A stretch of 62,672 nt of DNA, counting the filler. It is 8 parts of 8 records of this genome, joined end to end, with 100 filler letters (N's around TTAATTAATTAA, not from the genome) between each part and the next. Parts side by side here need not be neighbours in the genome. Positions count along the whole stretch, not along the records: positions 1 to 9,216 come from SRR31147125_6684; positions 9,317 to 20,654 come from SRR31147125_6706; 6 more parts are not named here. One strand, given 5' to 3'. The translations under genes and the position numbers were made by a program. Below are positions 1 to 9,348 of this stretch, in pieces (positions within the stretch are counted from its first letter, which is position 1; every line of letters starts with the position of its first letter). The notes beneath the pieces were generated by a model. It saw only the letters and a program-made list of their open reading frames with translations, searched no databases and was not told the origin of the DNA.

Positions 1-8
1 ATCGATTT

Positions 9-893
9 GTGGATTTTTCGTATAGCATTATGTATAAAGAGGTTCAAATCCGATTCAGAGCAACCGTTTATTATGAGCTCAATCATTTATGTATGAATAT
101 GCGCCTCATCAATAATATAATCCGTCCTTTAAAGACATTGAATCTACATGAGAATATTATCAAACTGTTAAGTCTGAAATACGTGAGACATGGGCTCATA
201 TTGATAACAGGTATCACGGGTGCTGGTAAGAGTACAACCCTGGATTCGATTATTGATTCGAACAATCGTGAAAATAAAGCACACATTGTCATTATCTCAA
301 ATCCGGTTGAGTTTGTGCATAAAACAAATTTATCTATTGTCAGACATCGGGAAATCGGTCGGGATGTTATCAGTTTTAAAGAAGGAACCATTCAGGCATT
401 ACGTCAGGATCCGGATATCATTGTTATCGGCGAGATGCGGGATGCGGATACGATTGCAACGGTTTTGGAAGTGGCAGATAGCGGTCATAAAGTTTTTTCA
501 ACCTTGCATACCTCCTCAGCCACAGATGCGATTGACCGTATTTTAGGTGAAACACCGGCTGTGGAACAGGATAGAATTCGGGAGCGATTGGCTGATGTGC
601 TGACGTGCGTGATTTCACAAAAGCTGGTGCCCTCTCTTGATGGAAAGCTTGTTCTTGCGAATGAGGTGTTGGTTGCAACCCCGGCTGTTAAATCAGCCAT
701 TCGAAATAATCACACGGATGAAATATATCAATTGATTTATCAAGGTGCCCGGTTGGGAATGATCACGATGGAGCAAAATCTGTTAAATCTTTATAAAAAT
801 AAAATCATTTCTTATAAAGAAGCCTATAGCCAGGCGAATATTAAGAAAAGATTTGAGGATTTGGTTAAATTATCAACGCATAGGGAACGATGA
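9..893 (+). CDS. pilT: PilT/PilU-family type IV pilus ATPase (5'-truncated at window edge)
   Basis: Walker A GITGAGKSTT, Walker B region ALRQDPDIIVIGEMRD, His box TLHT, C-terminal GMITMEQ. The frame is open back to position 3, so the true start lies outside the window. Confidence 0.85.
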   Translation: MDFSYSIMYKEVQIRFRATVYYELNHLCMNMRLINNIIRPLKTLNLHENIIKLLSLKYVRHGLILITGITGAGKSTTLDSIIDSNNRENKAHIVIISNPVEFVHKTNLSIVRHREIGRDVISFKEGTIQALRQDPDIIVIGEMRDADTIATVLEVADSGHKVFSTLHTSSATDAIDRILGETPAVEQDRIRERLADVLTCVISQKLVPSLDGKLVLANEVLVATPAVKSAIRNNHTDEIYQLIYQGARLGMITMEQNLLNLYKNKIISYKEAYSQANIKKRFEDLVKLSTHRER

Positions 894-2494
894 GAAAACA
901 AGCTATCGGCATAGCCATAAACGGGCGGGACGTTAAAATAGCCCAGTTGATCCGGGAGAAAAATGAAGTTGCAGTGGCATATCTACAGAACGCTGTGCTT
1001 TCTTCAGATTTGGATAATGAAGCATTACAAGGGCTGGAGGAAAATGCTCAATCTCAATTAAAAGAGAGCAAAGAAGACCTTTTTGGATTGGACAAGCCAC
1101 CTGAGGTTGAAGAACCCGTAAATGATAATAATAAAATTCAAGAAAATGCCAATGTTCTCTACGCCCTGTTGAAAAAGTTTACCGCTCATAAAGTCAAGAT
1201 AGCTTTTAATGTGTCGCCGGCTAATGTAAGTTATCAGGATTTAAACACAACGCTGGATTATGATAAAAATGTGTCCAAGGGTAACTTGCTAAAGAAAATT
1301 GAAAAATGGAAAAGTGGCTTTAATTCTCTGGATAATGTGTCTGTTATAACACGAGGTGATGGTACCCTTTGTAATGTTGCTTTGGAATCAACGCAGCAAC
1401 CGATTATACTGACATTACTAGAGCAATTAAACACTTATTTTAAAGGTAATTTACTTCTTTCATCCATGGTCCCGAATGAGGTTGCCCTTGTCAATTTGGT
1501 CAAAAAAAGTTACACATTTAAAGATGAGGAAGAAATAACAGCCATTATTCAGTTTGAGGAAGAATACAGTCGAATTGTTTTTATGAAGGGAAGTGATTTT
1601 CTTACTGTTTCTCCAATGATAACAGAAGGTCATTCTCATGAGCTGCTTGAAGTCATATATAGCAAAATTATTTTTGAACTTGATAACCTGAACATTAGCA
1701 AAGTCGAGAATATTTTACTATCCAGTCAGACAATGTCAGATGAGACCGTAAAATATTTTGAAACAAAATTTCCACATTCACGAGTGGGATATATTGTCTC
1801 ACAACCGTTGGCAGAGCAATTGTCCAGTCAGTTTAATCGTGATGATTTGTCCGAATTTGCCATTCCTATATCCCTGGCCTGGGAAATTTTGGATCACAAG
1901 GATAAAACGTTTTCATCAACGAATTTAATACCAAATGAAATACTGGACAGACAAAAGTTACTCAAACTTTCTGTTACCGGATATATGCTTATTGCGCTAC
2001 TTGGATTAAGTACCTTCTTTTTTACAGCTCAAATCATGAATAAAAAAGTAGATATTCGATCCCTTGAGAAGGAAAACCGGCATTATGAAGAGCAGATTGC
2101 CAATAATGCCGAGATCGTTGAACGGGTTCATCTTTTAGATAAACAAATATCTAATTTAATGCAAAGTCTGGTTTTGTCCGATAGTCTGGGCAAGGGTTTT
2201 GATAATATTTTAACCTTTTTGGAAAATACCAACAAGGGTATTCTCAGTACAAAATCAGTCTGGATCGACCAAATACAGAGTACGCAAATGGGGTTTCTTA
2301 TCAAAGGAAATTCAAAGAGCCGTGCCAATATACCCCAATTGTCTAACAAACTGGGTGAAACAATATTAAGAAAGGTTACAAGAACAGAAGGCAAAAACCA
2401 AAAACTTTACGAATTTGAGCTGGAAGTATCCTGGCCTCCTAAAGATATGGAAGTGGAGAAAAAAGATGGACACCCGAAAAACTGGCGTCTTTAA
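890..2494 (+). CDS. PilM-like/PilN-like fused pilus assembly protein; probably continues by frameshift into the SPOR ORF
   Basis: N-terminal AIGIAINGRDVKIAQL resembles PilM. The NLIP motif followed by a TM helix, coiled coil and VWIDQI...IKGNSKSR resembles PilN. ATGA overlap with pilT. Confidence 0.65.
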   Translation: MRKQAIGIAINGRDVKIAQLIREKNEVAVAYLQNAVLSSDLDNEALQGLEENAQSQLKESKEDLFGLDKPPEVEEPVNDNNKIQENANVLYALLKKFTAHKVKIAFNVSPANVSYQDLNTTLDYDKNVSKGNLLKKIEKWKSGFNSLDNVSVITRGDGTLCNVALESTQQPIILTLLEQLNTYFKGNLLLSSMVPNEVALVNLVKKSYTFKDEEEITAIIQFEEEYSRIVFMKGSDFLTVSPMITEGHSHELLEVIYSKIIFELDNLNISKVENILLSSQTMSDETVKYFETKFPHSRVGYIVSQPLAEQLSSQFNRDDLSEFAIPISLAWEILDHKDKTFSSTNLIPNEILDRQKLLKLSVTGYMLIALLGLSTFFFTAQIMNKKVDIRSLEKENRHYEEQIANNAEIVERVHLLDKQISNLMQSLVLSDSLGKGFDNILTFLENTNKGILSTKSVWIDQIQSTQMGFLIKGNSKSRANIPQLSNKLGETILRKVTRTEGKNQKLYEFELEVSWPPKDMEVEKKDGHPKNWRL

Positions 2495-2616
2495 CAGAAA
2501 ATGTTTCTCCACTTGAAGAATTAAATGTTGATTCGAAAATTGAAAAAATATCAAAAAGTTCTGTTAAAAGAGAAAACAAGACGAAAATTGATATATATAA
2601 AGAGAAATTCACTGAT

Positions 2617-3153
2617 ATGGCCAAGGCCGGACTAGATGTTAATCCCTTAAAAGATTCAGACAAGGGAAAGAAAGAAATAAAAAACAATTATAAAGATAGT
2701 GATTCGGCAAGCAAGAATATACAAAAGATTGATTTGCCAATTAAAAATGCGGATTTTCAAACAACTAATAATAATGACAAATCTAAACAATATCCTTTTA
2801 AAAATCAAAAGTCTGTTGATCAGGGCAAATCAATAAAACAAGATTTACAATCAGCTACTCAAAAAAGTCAAAAACAAACACAAAAAACCTCTGTTTTGCC
2901 GAAACAGACAAATTATGTCGCACCTTTGACGATCCACATAAGTTCACATGCTGTGAAATTTACAGCCGATAGGGAAGTCGCGTTTTTTAAAGCAAGAGGC
3001 TTTAATGCTTATATAAGGAGAGTTGGAAGGTCAAATCAGGATGTCTATTATCGGGTTTGTAGTGGTCAATTTCAGTCCTATGAGGAAGCGCTTAAGAAGC
3101 TGAACGAAATGAATAGAAAAATCCATAGAAAATATTTCATAGGTTCAAAGTGA
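2617..3153 (+). CDS. SPOR-domain peptidoglycan-binding region (likely the C-terminus of the PilM/N protein)
   Basis: C-terminal TIHISSH...FFKARGFNAYI...YYRVCSGQFQSYEEA is SPOR-like and follows a low-complexity linker. This frame is open from about 2443 and overlaps the end of the upstream ORF. Confidence 0.65.
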   Translation: MAKAGLDVNPLKDSDKGKKEIKNNYKDSDSASKNIQKIDLPIKNADFQTTNNNDKSKQYPFKNQKSVDQGKSIKQDLQSATQKSQKQTQKTSVLPKQTNYVAPLTIHISSHAVKFTADREVAFFKARGFNAYIRRVGRSNQDVYYRVCSGQFQSYEEALKKLNEMNRKIHRKYFIGSK

Positions 3154-3262
3154 TCGTGTGCGCCCGGTACCTATGTAGGGTGCTAAATTTTTCGATCTCA
3201 TTGTAACCTATTTTAAATGATTATAAAATTTTTAAAAGTATCTCTTATTCAAAAGGTTTCTC

Positions 3263-4174
3263 ATGTACGTTAAAAGAAACAGTATTACAATAGCTCTTTT
3301 AGTAGCCCTGGTTTTGATTTGTGGATTTATATGGCATTCCCGGGAATCGAAAATATTAAAAGAGGTGACCCTGAAGAACAAAGAGTTGGCAAAACAATTC
3401 GATGGATCGCGGCAGGTTGCGCAAACTCTGGAAACAGTTGAGAAAAAATACAATATCCTCAAGAAAGCCTGGGATCAAGCTCCTAAAAAGATCTTGTCTG
3501 CTGAAGAACCTGCGTTAACTGTCAGTTATATTAACTGGTTAACAAACGAGAACAGAATTTCGTTTGATTTTGATTTTATCCTGGATAATATTTCCAAGAA
3601 TCAAGAGATATCTTATTTCAGTTTTACCCTGACAGGTGATGCAGCCTATTATGATATTTATCAATTTATCTGGTATCTGACACAGAATCCATTATTGTAT
3701 CAAATTCAGGATTTTTCTCTGCAACGGAAAGATGAAAATTCGAATTTTTTAAGTTTTAAATTAAAAGCAACCGGTTATTTTATGGATCAGGAATTGGAGA
3801 TGAAACAGGATTTTGATTTTGAGTCCATACAATCGGTATCCAAGTCAACTCAATTTCATGATGTCTTTAAATCTACCGTGCAAAGGCCCAAACCTCGAAT
3901 CGTGAAAACTATATATTACAAACCCACAAAACCGATTGTGAAAAAAATCAACAAAGATCTTCTTGACGTGAATACAATTTCCTTGCAAGCACTTGCCAAT
4001 GGCAGGGCTTATATTTTAACAAAGGACAGAAAAATGAAGACACTCAAGGTTGGTGATAAGGTTCGCTCCGGTTCACTTATTGCCATTGATAAGGAAAAGA
4101 GTGAAGCTGTTTTTTCGATTCGAATCAATGGATTTGATAAAAGGATCACATTAGGGTTAGGGTATAAAAAATAA
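3263..4174 (+). CDS. PilO-like inner-membrane assembly protein with a PilP-like C-terminal beta domain
   Basis: N-terminal TM helix, coiled coil, FTLTGDAAYYDIYQFIWYL (PilO-like) and C-terminal AYILTKD..KTLKVGDKV..G.LIAID (PilP-like). Lies between the PilM/N and secretin genes. Confidence 0.55.
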   Translation: MYVKRNSITIALLVALVLICGFIWHSRESKILKEVTLKNKELAKQFDGSRQVAQTLETVEKKYNILKKAWDQAPKKILSAEEPALTVSYINWLTNENRISFDFDFILDNISKNQEISYFSFTLTGDAAYYDIYQFIWYLTQNPLLYQIQDFSLQRKDENSNFLSFKLKATGYFMDQELEMKQDFDFESIQSVSKSTQFHDVFKSTVQRPKPRIVKTIYYKPTKPIVKKINKDLLDVNTISLQALANGRAYILTKDRKMKTLKVGDKVRSGSLIAIDKEKSEAVFSIRINGFDKRITLGLGYKK

Positions 4175-4179
4175 GGTAG

Positions 4180-5379
4180 ATGCAGGAGATGAAAATTAAA
4201 AAATATAAAAAAATTGGAAAAAGATGTGGCATCATTCTTCAGGTGTTGTTGATTTGTGCTATCTCAGCTCTTGCACAGGAAAAGGTTCCGAGGGATTACT
4301 CTCCTGAGGAATATATTTCTCTGAACAAAAATGTCCGCATCAGTGATGCGCTCACGATTATTAACGGATTTAGTACCCGGTATGAGAACAAGATTATAAC
4401 AGATTCAAGAGAGCATAGTGGACCTATCAACGTTGTCGTAGACAATATGCACTGGAAAAGGGCTCTGGAATATATTTTACGATCAAATGGACTCGCTTAT
4501 GTTGAACATCCCCGTCATTATGAAATAACAGATAAGGATAGCACCCCTGCTTCTAATGAGTTGGAAGATCATATTAATCTTGACACAAGAGAGATTGAGA
4601 TTAAAGCCGTTTTTTTTGAGGCGGATTATGCCACGCTTTCCGAGATTGGCGTGGACTGGACGACTCTGACTGATGGGAAAGTGAAACTTCGCATGGATTC
4701 GTACGCCGGGAGCCAGGTAACTCAAGGAATTTTTTCCGTCCAGGCAGCGACGCAAAAGTTTTTGAATGTATCGGCGCTGATCCAGGCATTCGAAAGCCGG
4801 GACAAGGGCCAGGTTATTGCAAATCCACAGATCCGGATTATGGACGGAGAAGAGGGTAAAATTAAGGTTGGTAAGAATTTTTTCCTAACGACCAAGGATT
4901 TTGCTGGTAATACAAGATATAGTGAATATGAGTCAGGTACCATCCTGACTGTCATACCCAATATAATATATCAGGACAGACAAACTTTTATTCATCTGGA
5001 TATCATGGCTGAGAAAAGCGATGTTGATATTACTTCACTGGGTGTAACTAAAAAGATCACCGAAGGGAGAACACAGGTTCTTTTACTTAATGGTGAAGAA
5101 ACAGCTTTGGCAGGATTGTTTTCAGATCAAAGAGCGAATGTGCGCAAAGGCATACCGATTTTAAAAGACCTGCCATGGTGGTTTTTTGGATTAAAATATA
5201 TAACAGGATATGATTCTAAAAGTGTTACGAAAAAAGAACTTGTTATACTCATCAAGCCAATAATTGTACCCAGCCTGAAACGAAGAATTAAGAGTAAACT
5301 GGCCCGGAAAAACTATTTGCTGCAAGGTCGGAAAGAATTACGAAATAATATGAGAAGCTTGGGTGGCGGTTCCAAATAG
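4180..5379 (+). CDS. Secretin (PilQ/GspD family), short form
   Basis: Signal peptide, N-domain VVVDNMHWKRALEYIL, and secretin motifs IEIKAVFFE, VIANPQIRIMDG, GIPILKDLP, KELVILIKP. Confidence 0.85.
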   Translation: MQEMKIKKYKKIGKRCGIILQVLLICAISALAQEKVPRDYSPEEYISLNKNVRISDALTIINGFSTRYENKIITDSREHSGPINVVVDNMHWKRALEYILRSNGLAYVEHPRHYEITDKDSTPASNELEDHINLDTREIEIKAVFFEADYATLSEIGVDWTTLTDGKVKLRMDSYAGSQVTQGIFSVQAATQKFLNVSALIQAFESRDKGQVIANPQIRIMDGEEGKIKVGKNFFLTTKDFAGNTRYSEYESGTILTVIPNIIYQDRQTFIHLDIMAEKSDVDITSLGVTKKITEGRTQVLLLNGEETALAGLFSDQRANVRKGIPILKDLPWWFFGLKYITGYDSKSVTKKELVILIKPIIVPSLKRRIKSKLARKNYLLQGRKELRNNMRSLGGGSK

Positions 5380-5454
5380 TGAAAAAAAGTGGCTTAATAT
5401 TGTAAATGCGAAAAAAATCCGCCAGTGGCGGTCGGATTTATGGAGGTAGAATCA

Positions 5455-8286
5455 ATGAGACTTGCCAGGTCTATTTTAATAATAATGTGTCTCTGTTTGC
5501 TCTTTATCAGTTGCAGTGAAGATGCGAACGATCTTGTCGGATCGCGGGATCACGAAATAAAAATTGAAAACAGTGGAATTCCGGAAATACTCGCGAATGG
5601 AGTTTCGACTTTAATCATTAACGCCAAGGTTTATAACAATGAAGGCCAACCTGCATCAGGTATGAAAGTCATTTTTGAAACATCTCGGGGAGATGTTGAA
5701 GAGTTTGCATATTCAGATTCATATGGTGAAGCCAGTGTTTTATTTACCAGCGTAGCCAGTCAGGAAGATATTTTGGTTGAGGTAAAGGCAACGGTTTTAG
5801 ATACGGCATTTCAGAATTTAAGTAAGAAAAACAGCGAATCTGTCCATATTTCACTTGAAATTCCCGGCTATACTTTTACGAGTCAGGCAGCCAGCCTTAA
5901 AAAGGGGAATAATACGGAAGAGTATGATACCTCCCTGCAAATAAGACTTCTTGGTGTCATGTTAACAAGTTCCGTGCAAGATACCATCTTGCCAGCTGAT
6001 GGTATGTCCGAGACAAAGGTGACGGTGAAATTACGTGAGACAACCAGTCAAAAGCCTATTAAAAATGAAAAGATATTTTTTAATGCATTAAAGGGTACAA
6101 TCGGCGCAGACCAATATACCAACGAAAACGGTATAGCTGAGGCGATTTTAAAATCCGCGGATGAAGCTGGATTAGATAGTTTGCGAATTATTTATGGTGT
6201 TGGATTAACAGCCAATTTAATGATTAGCTATGTAGATCCGAAACTGGATGTGAGTTCGGCTTATTCGCAGATAATAGCTGATGGAGCCAGTAATACTCAG
6301 ATCGTGGCAACGTTATTGACTGTAAAAAACACACCCATTGTTGGTGCGCAAATAAATTTTTCAACAACAGCCGGAATTATTCAAAGTGTTGGCGTTACAG
6401 ATGATTATGGTAAAGCAACGGTTTCTCTGGTTTCGGCAAAAGAACCGCATTCACAGGTTGTTGTTACTGGCGAGTTTTTGGCGCTCAAGGATACCACGAC
6501 TGTTGCATTTGTGGCAAATCTTGCCGAACAGATCACATTTATGAATGATGCCGAACCTATAATCAGAGATGGGCAAGCAATAAAACACATGTCATTAAAT
6601 GTTATTGATAATTTTGGTAATGCGAAAAGCAATACCACTGTGACCTTGAATACGGATTTTGGTTTTGTGCCGCCAACCGTTAGCACGGATGAGCAAGGCG
6701 TCGCTCAGTTCGAATTTATCGCGGATAACGGTTCTGAAGATGTGACTGCGACTATATCCGCACGCCTTGGATCTTATACTGCCACGCAAAGAATTACCCT
6801 GGTAGGCATTACCTTAACATTGTCCGCCAGTCCGGATTCAATTCCTGCGAATGGTGCTGCTGAGTCTGTTGTTCGGTTAGAATTGAAACAAACAACAACC
6901 AATATACCGATTAGTGGTTATCAGATCGCTTTTGGATCCACGCTAGGTACTATTCCTCAGAGTGCTGTAACGAATGATCAGGGTGTTGCTACAGTGTCAT
7001 TTACAGCAGGCCATACCTCCGGTGTGGCGGACATAAGTGTCTTTTATGGCACATCTGTAAAAACAACATCTGTCTTTTTATTTGAAAATTACCCGACAAG
7101 TATTTTGTTAGAGAGTCATAATAATTTTATCTGGGTTAAAGAAACAGGACAAATTGAGCAAACAGATATTACTGCTACCGTATTAGGCGTCACCGGAGAA
7201 CCGATAGGAGATGATTTTAGAATTCAATTTAACATTACAAATGGCCCGGGTGGTGGTGAAAGACTTGAGCCATCATCAGGAGTTGACAATGAAAGTCAAA
7301 TTATCCAAACGAACAATGGTGTTGGTCATGCAGCCCTGATTGCCGGAACACGGTCAGGACAGGTTCAGATCAAGGCTCAATTAGTCGATTATCCGAGTGT
7401 GACTGTAAAATCCTCAAAAATTGTTATTCGTTCCGGACCGCCTTACATGTGGGTTGATCCAGGTGATCCGAATCATGTCGTCCAACATGGTACTGTGCTT
7501 GTCGATGTAGGAAAGCACAATACCGTGTTTGCAAACCCTTTGCAGGAAATCGAAGTGACAGCCGTTTTTGCGGATAAATATAACAATCCTGTTGAAAAAA
7601 ATACGGCAGTCTATTTCACGACAACCGGTGGAGTGATTTCCTCCGATGCATTAACAAGTGATTTAGGTAAAGCTTCTGTTATTTTGCAAAATTCGAATCC
7701 GTTTCCGGTTTTGCAGTCGCCTGATGTCTCACAATTGACCGGACATCGATTCCCGAATCCAAATGATGTAAGCCGAATGATCGATTTGGGTATCCCGGAT
7801 TTTGAAGGAAATGTGATATCCAATACGGCTGGTAACAGCGGAGAGAATGACGGTGTTGCCGGCATTCTTGCCAAAACAGCTGGCCAGGACCAGAATGGTA
7901 ATGATATAACAGTGTGGGCGAAAACACTGGTTGTTTTTAGCAGGGGGATCCACACGTTTACAGCAACAACAGACAAGACTGAATTGGCCATAGGTGAAAG
8001 TGCAACTATATTGATCCGGCTGTATGATGTACATGGTAATCCCGTAGCAGCGGGATCGAGTCTTACTGTTTCTTCTGAATCTGGTGAGCTTTCTGACACT
8101 GATCTGATGCCCGAACCAGCTCGATATGGTTTTGGAAGTACAATCTTTAGCACTCAGCTTTCTAATAATCTTGACCCGGAAAATGATAAAGCCAAGACGA
8201 CGAATGTCCTCATTGAATTAAAGAGCCCGAATGGTGATGGAAAAATAAGTATTCCAATAAAACTGAATATTACCAGTGGTTCCTGA
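5455..8286 (+). CDS. Large lipoprotein with tandem invasin/intimin-type Ig-like (Big_1) repeats
   Basis: ATG at 5455 follows GGAGG. Lipobox LFISC. Repeated A[DN]GxSxxxIxAxL...VxFxTxxG...TDxxGxAxVxF units. Confidence 0.75.
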   Translation: MRLARSILIIMCLCLLFISCSEDANDLVGSRDHEIKIENSGIPEILANGVSTLIINAKVYNNEGQPASGMKVIFETSRGDVEEFAYSDSYGEASVLFTSVASQEDILVEVKATVLDTAFQNLSKKNSESVHISLEIPGYTFTSQAASLKKGNNTEEYDTSLQIRLLGVMLTSSVQDTILPADGMSETKVTVKLRETTSQKPIKNEKIFFNALKGTIGADQYTNENGIAEAILKSADEAGLDSLRIIYGVGLTANLMISYVDPKLDVSSAYSQIIADGASNTQIVATLLTVKNTPIVGAQINFSTTAGIIQSVGVTDDYGKATVSLVSAKEPHSQVVVTGEFLALKDTTTVAFVANLAEQITFMNDAEPIIRDGQAIKHMSLNVIDNFGNAKSNTTVTLNTDFGFVPPTVSTDEQGVAQFEFIADNGSEDVTATISARLGSYTATQRITLVGITLTLSASPDSIPANGAAESVVRLELKQTTTNIPISGYQIAFGSTLGTIPQSAVTNDQGVATVSFTAGHTSGVADISVFYGTSVKTTSVFLFENYPTSILLESHNNFIWVKETGQIEQTDITATVLGVTGEPIGDDFRIQFNITNGPGGGERLEPSSGVDNESQIIQTNNGVGHAALIAGTRSGQVQIKAQLVDYPSVTVKSSKIVIRSGPPYMWVDPGDPNHVVQHGTVLVDVGKHNTVFANPLQEIEVTAVFADKYNNPVEKNTAVYFTTTGGVISSDALTSDLGKASVILQNSNPFPVLQSPDVSQLTGHRFPNPNDVSRMIDLGIPDFEGNVISNTAGNSGENDGVAGILAKTAGQDQNGNDITVWAKTLVVFSRGIHTFTATTDKTELAIGESATILIRLYDVHGNPVAAGSSLTVSSESGELSDTDLMPEPARYGFGSTIFSTQLSNNLDPENDKAKTTNVLIELKSPNGDGKISIPIKLNITSGS

Positions 8287-8390
8287 TTTTTAGAAAAGAT
8301 GTGCATTTTATTTTATCACGGATTCTTGATTAATGGTTTTAACATGTTATCATAATTAATATCAATTATAAAAAACTCCCCCTCCCCTCG

Positions 8391-8433
8391 CAACCCTTGC
8401 TTTTTGAACTTTAAATTGCAAGGGTTGTTTTTT
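8391..8433 (+). terminator. Intrinsic terminator after the pilus operon
   Basis: Perfect 10-bp inverted repeat CAACCCTTGC / GCAAGGGTTG followed by a T run. Confidence 0.7.
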
Positions 8434-8588
8434 ATTTTCTCGTGCCCAGATAAATTCGTCCCATCTATTACTCATTTTTCCCGATAAAAGACACACTTGA
8501 GGAAGACCTGCTAAAAGTCTGATTATAAATGGTGTTTAACTGCATATTAAACAAGAGCGTTTATTTTGTCGTCATAGTCATAATACTA

Positions 8589-8604
8589 TGGTATGTAAAT
8601 TGCT
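8589..8604 (+). promoter_or_regulatory. Sigma54-type (-24/-12) promoter
   Basis: TGGTATGTAAATTGCT has the GG-N10-GC spacing and lies about 90 nt upstream of the pilin-like gene. Confidence 0.55.
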
Positions 8605-8693
8605 TGTGATATTTATACCTGCTTGCATCATGATAAAAAGAATACAACGGGACCCGATTTTGATAGTGAAATGGAAAAAATGGGACACAGAAT

Positions 8694-9110
8694 ATGGCAT
8701 ACCAGCAAAAGTTACTTTATATATCAGGCTTGATGATAGTAGGTCTGGCTATTTTGGCAGGAATGAGACAATTTCAATCTTCATCTGTGGCTGCAAATCA
8801 GGATGCGCTTACTCTGGATTTACTGGGCGTTGTAGGAAAGGTACAAGAATATTACCGTACACCTGAATGTCTGGATGGTGGAGGTTCTTCATTTGCGGGT
8901 TTAACAGCTGATGAAAAGAGTATGGAGAAATTATTTATAAGCAATGAAAATGAAAATGGTCTTTTTGAAATTATTGAGTCGGCTGAAAAAGGCGATTATG
9001 TAACTGTTCGGGCCACAGGACAACAGGATAGTGATGGAGATGGTCAAAAACTGACAGTTGAAGTTAAAGTATATCCGACCAGTTATGAAACAAAGATTAT
9101 CAGTAGATGA
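8694..9110 (+). CDS. Small pilin-like protein with a non-canonical N-terminus
   Basis: 138 aa. MAYQQKLL, then a hydrophobic helix, an amphipathic helix (ANQDALTLDL..VQEYY), GGGSSF and terminal beta strands. No G|FxxxE motif. Confidence 0.5.
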   Translation: MAYQQKLLYISGLMIVGLAILAGMRQFQSSSVAANQDALTLDLLGVVGKVQEYYRTPECLDGGGSSFAGLTADEKSMEKLFISNENENGLFEIIESAEKGDYVTVRATGQQDSDGDGQKLTVEVKVYPTSYETKIISR

Positions 9111-9216
9111 ACTAAAACAGGTCAATTTATAGCAGAGAACTATTGCTGACCTCTAAATGAGTTCATTGGAGTTAAACTGAAAGAGGTAACAGGACCGACC
9201 GCAATCATCTATTTTT

Positions 9217-9316
9217 NNNNNNNNNNNNNNNNNNNNNNNNNNNNNNNNNNNNNNNNNNNNTTAATTAATTAANNNNNNNNNNNNNNNNNNNNNNNNNNNN
9301 NNNNNNNNNNNNNNNN
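9217..9316. other. Artificial contig spacer
   Basis: N44-TTAATTAATTAA-N44; the linker has stops in all six frames. Confidence 0.98.
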
Positions 9317-9348
9317 AAATGTACTCCCCGGTAAATTTTTACCGGACA

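Noticed and set aside
3155..3198. Possible structured RNA between the SPOR and PilO-like genes (GATCG...GCGCCC...GGGTGC...CGATC)
   Set aside because: Short imperfect stems and no recognisable riboswitch motif.
8376..8390. Anti-SD-like CTCCCCCTCCCCTC before the terminator, suggesting a small RNA
   Set aside because: No promoter or conservation evidence is available from the sequence alone.
8588..8866. 92-aa ORF overlapping the pilin-like gene
   Set aside because: Alternative frame that begins within the sigma54 motif and has no recognisable features.
9261..9272. TTAATTAATTAA recurring seven times
   Set aside because: Always centred in N runs. It is an artificial six-frame stop linker, not a biological repeat.
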